Below, one piece after another: positions 63,311 to 64,000 of a DNA stretch of 64,000 bases. Location: NCBI GenBank assembly GCA_965153285.1, contig OZ229111.1; one strand, given 5' to 3'. The translations under genes were made by a program, and so were the position numbers. Every line of letters begins with the position of its first letter. Positions within the stretch are counted from its first letter, which is position 1. The notes under the pieces are model-generated. The model saw only the letters and a list, made by a program, of their open reading frames with translations. It was not told the origin of the DNA and searched no databases. This stretch comes from Podarcis tiliguerta (taxonomy: Eukaryota).

Positions 63311-64000
63311 GCCCCAAGATGTTCTCCTGAACAATCCCATCTGAAATGAAAGGCAGCTCTCATCCATTTCAGAAAAACCTCCCAGTGCACACAGTCCAGT
63401 GCACACAGTGCATATCATGTTTTATTCTATGTCTGTAACCCACTTCTAGTGCTGTTGGAGCCAAAGGGCTATAAAGAACTGTTTTAAACAAATAAATAAT
63501 TAAATGTGATGGAAGTCCTGAACCAAGAGCCAGCTTGAGCAAATATTGACAGTTCTTTAGGCTGCTGTACTCCACCCATTCATTCCACTTGAGGCAAATC
63601 TGAGAAAGAAGTTCCCTTTCAACAAAGCTTCTCTTTTACTTGTTGGATTATCAGTGCAGTGGATCCAATACTTCACCACCACCACCTCCCAGCCCATAAT
63701 ACGATGTTTAGGCCAATTTCCTCCCTCCTTCTACTTATATTCCACCCTACCTCTAAAGAGCTTTGGGTGGTATATGGGATTTAGCAGCCCCTCCATTTTA
63801 TCACAACTACCCTGCACAGAGAATAGCCCAAGGTCATTGCGTGAACTGCACGCGTGACAAAGGATTTGAACCCTGGACTCCAGAATGCCAGTCTAATGCT
63901 CTAACCATTACATGACACTGGCCATTCCTGTAAAGTTTATTTTGGAGATATCAGTTTATGCTAAACTAATATTGAGTGGAGAGGTGGACGTGCACCTAGC

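Noticed and set aside
61511-64000. Search for the first coding exon of the RUN-PDZ-PTB gene
   Set aside because: No ATG-containing phase-1 exon with a convincing donor found; region is mostly SINE and CR1, so the start is probably outside the window

Overview
Squamate (lizard; lacertid is an inference from the SINE/MITE repertoire) genomic DNA syntenic with human 17q25, containing three spliced genes that the ORF track only fragments. (1) UNK (unkempt CCCH zinc-finger RNA-binding protein), minus strand: coding exons 1-12 from ATG 33280 down to 1993, 3' exons outside the window, plus an extra frame-preserving 48-nt cassette exon at 8033-8080. (2) H3-3B/H3F3B (histone H3.3), plus strand, complete CDS 38299-39092, head-to-head with UNK, with a CCAAT-rich TATA promoter and a conserved 3' UTR interrupted by a 166-N gap. 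(3) An intact, uncharacterised minus-strand gene reconstructed by hand from 15 GT-AG exons (61510 to stop at 40645; first coding exon not found in the window). It encodes a compact RUN-PDZ-PTB adaptor ending in a PDZ-ligand-like -EWFV and lies tail-to-tail with H3-3B. Introns carry many Tc1/mariner(pogo/Tigger)-type and hAT MITEs, a Sauria SINE with a nested hAT MITE containing TTAGGG units, a 5'-truncated L1-clade LINE with a 15-bp TSD, CR1 fragments, and a Penelope-like fragment carrying a minimal hammerhead ribozyme motif. All coordinates were read by eye and no database searches were run.
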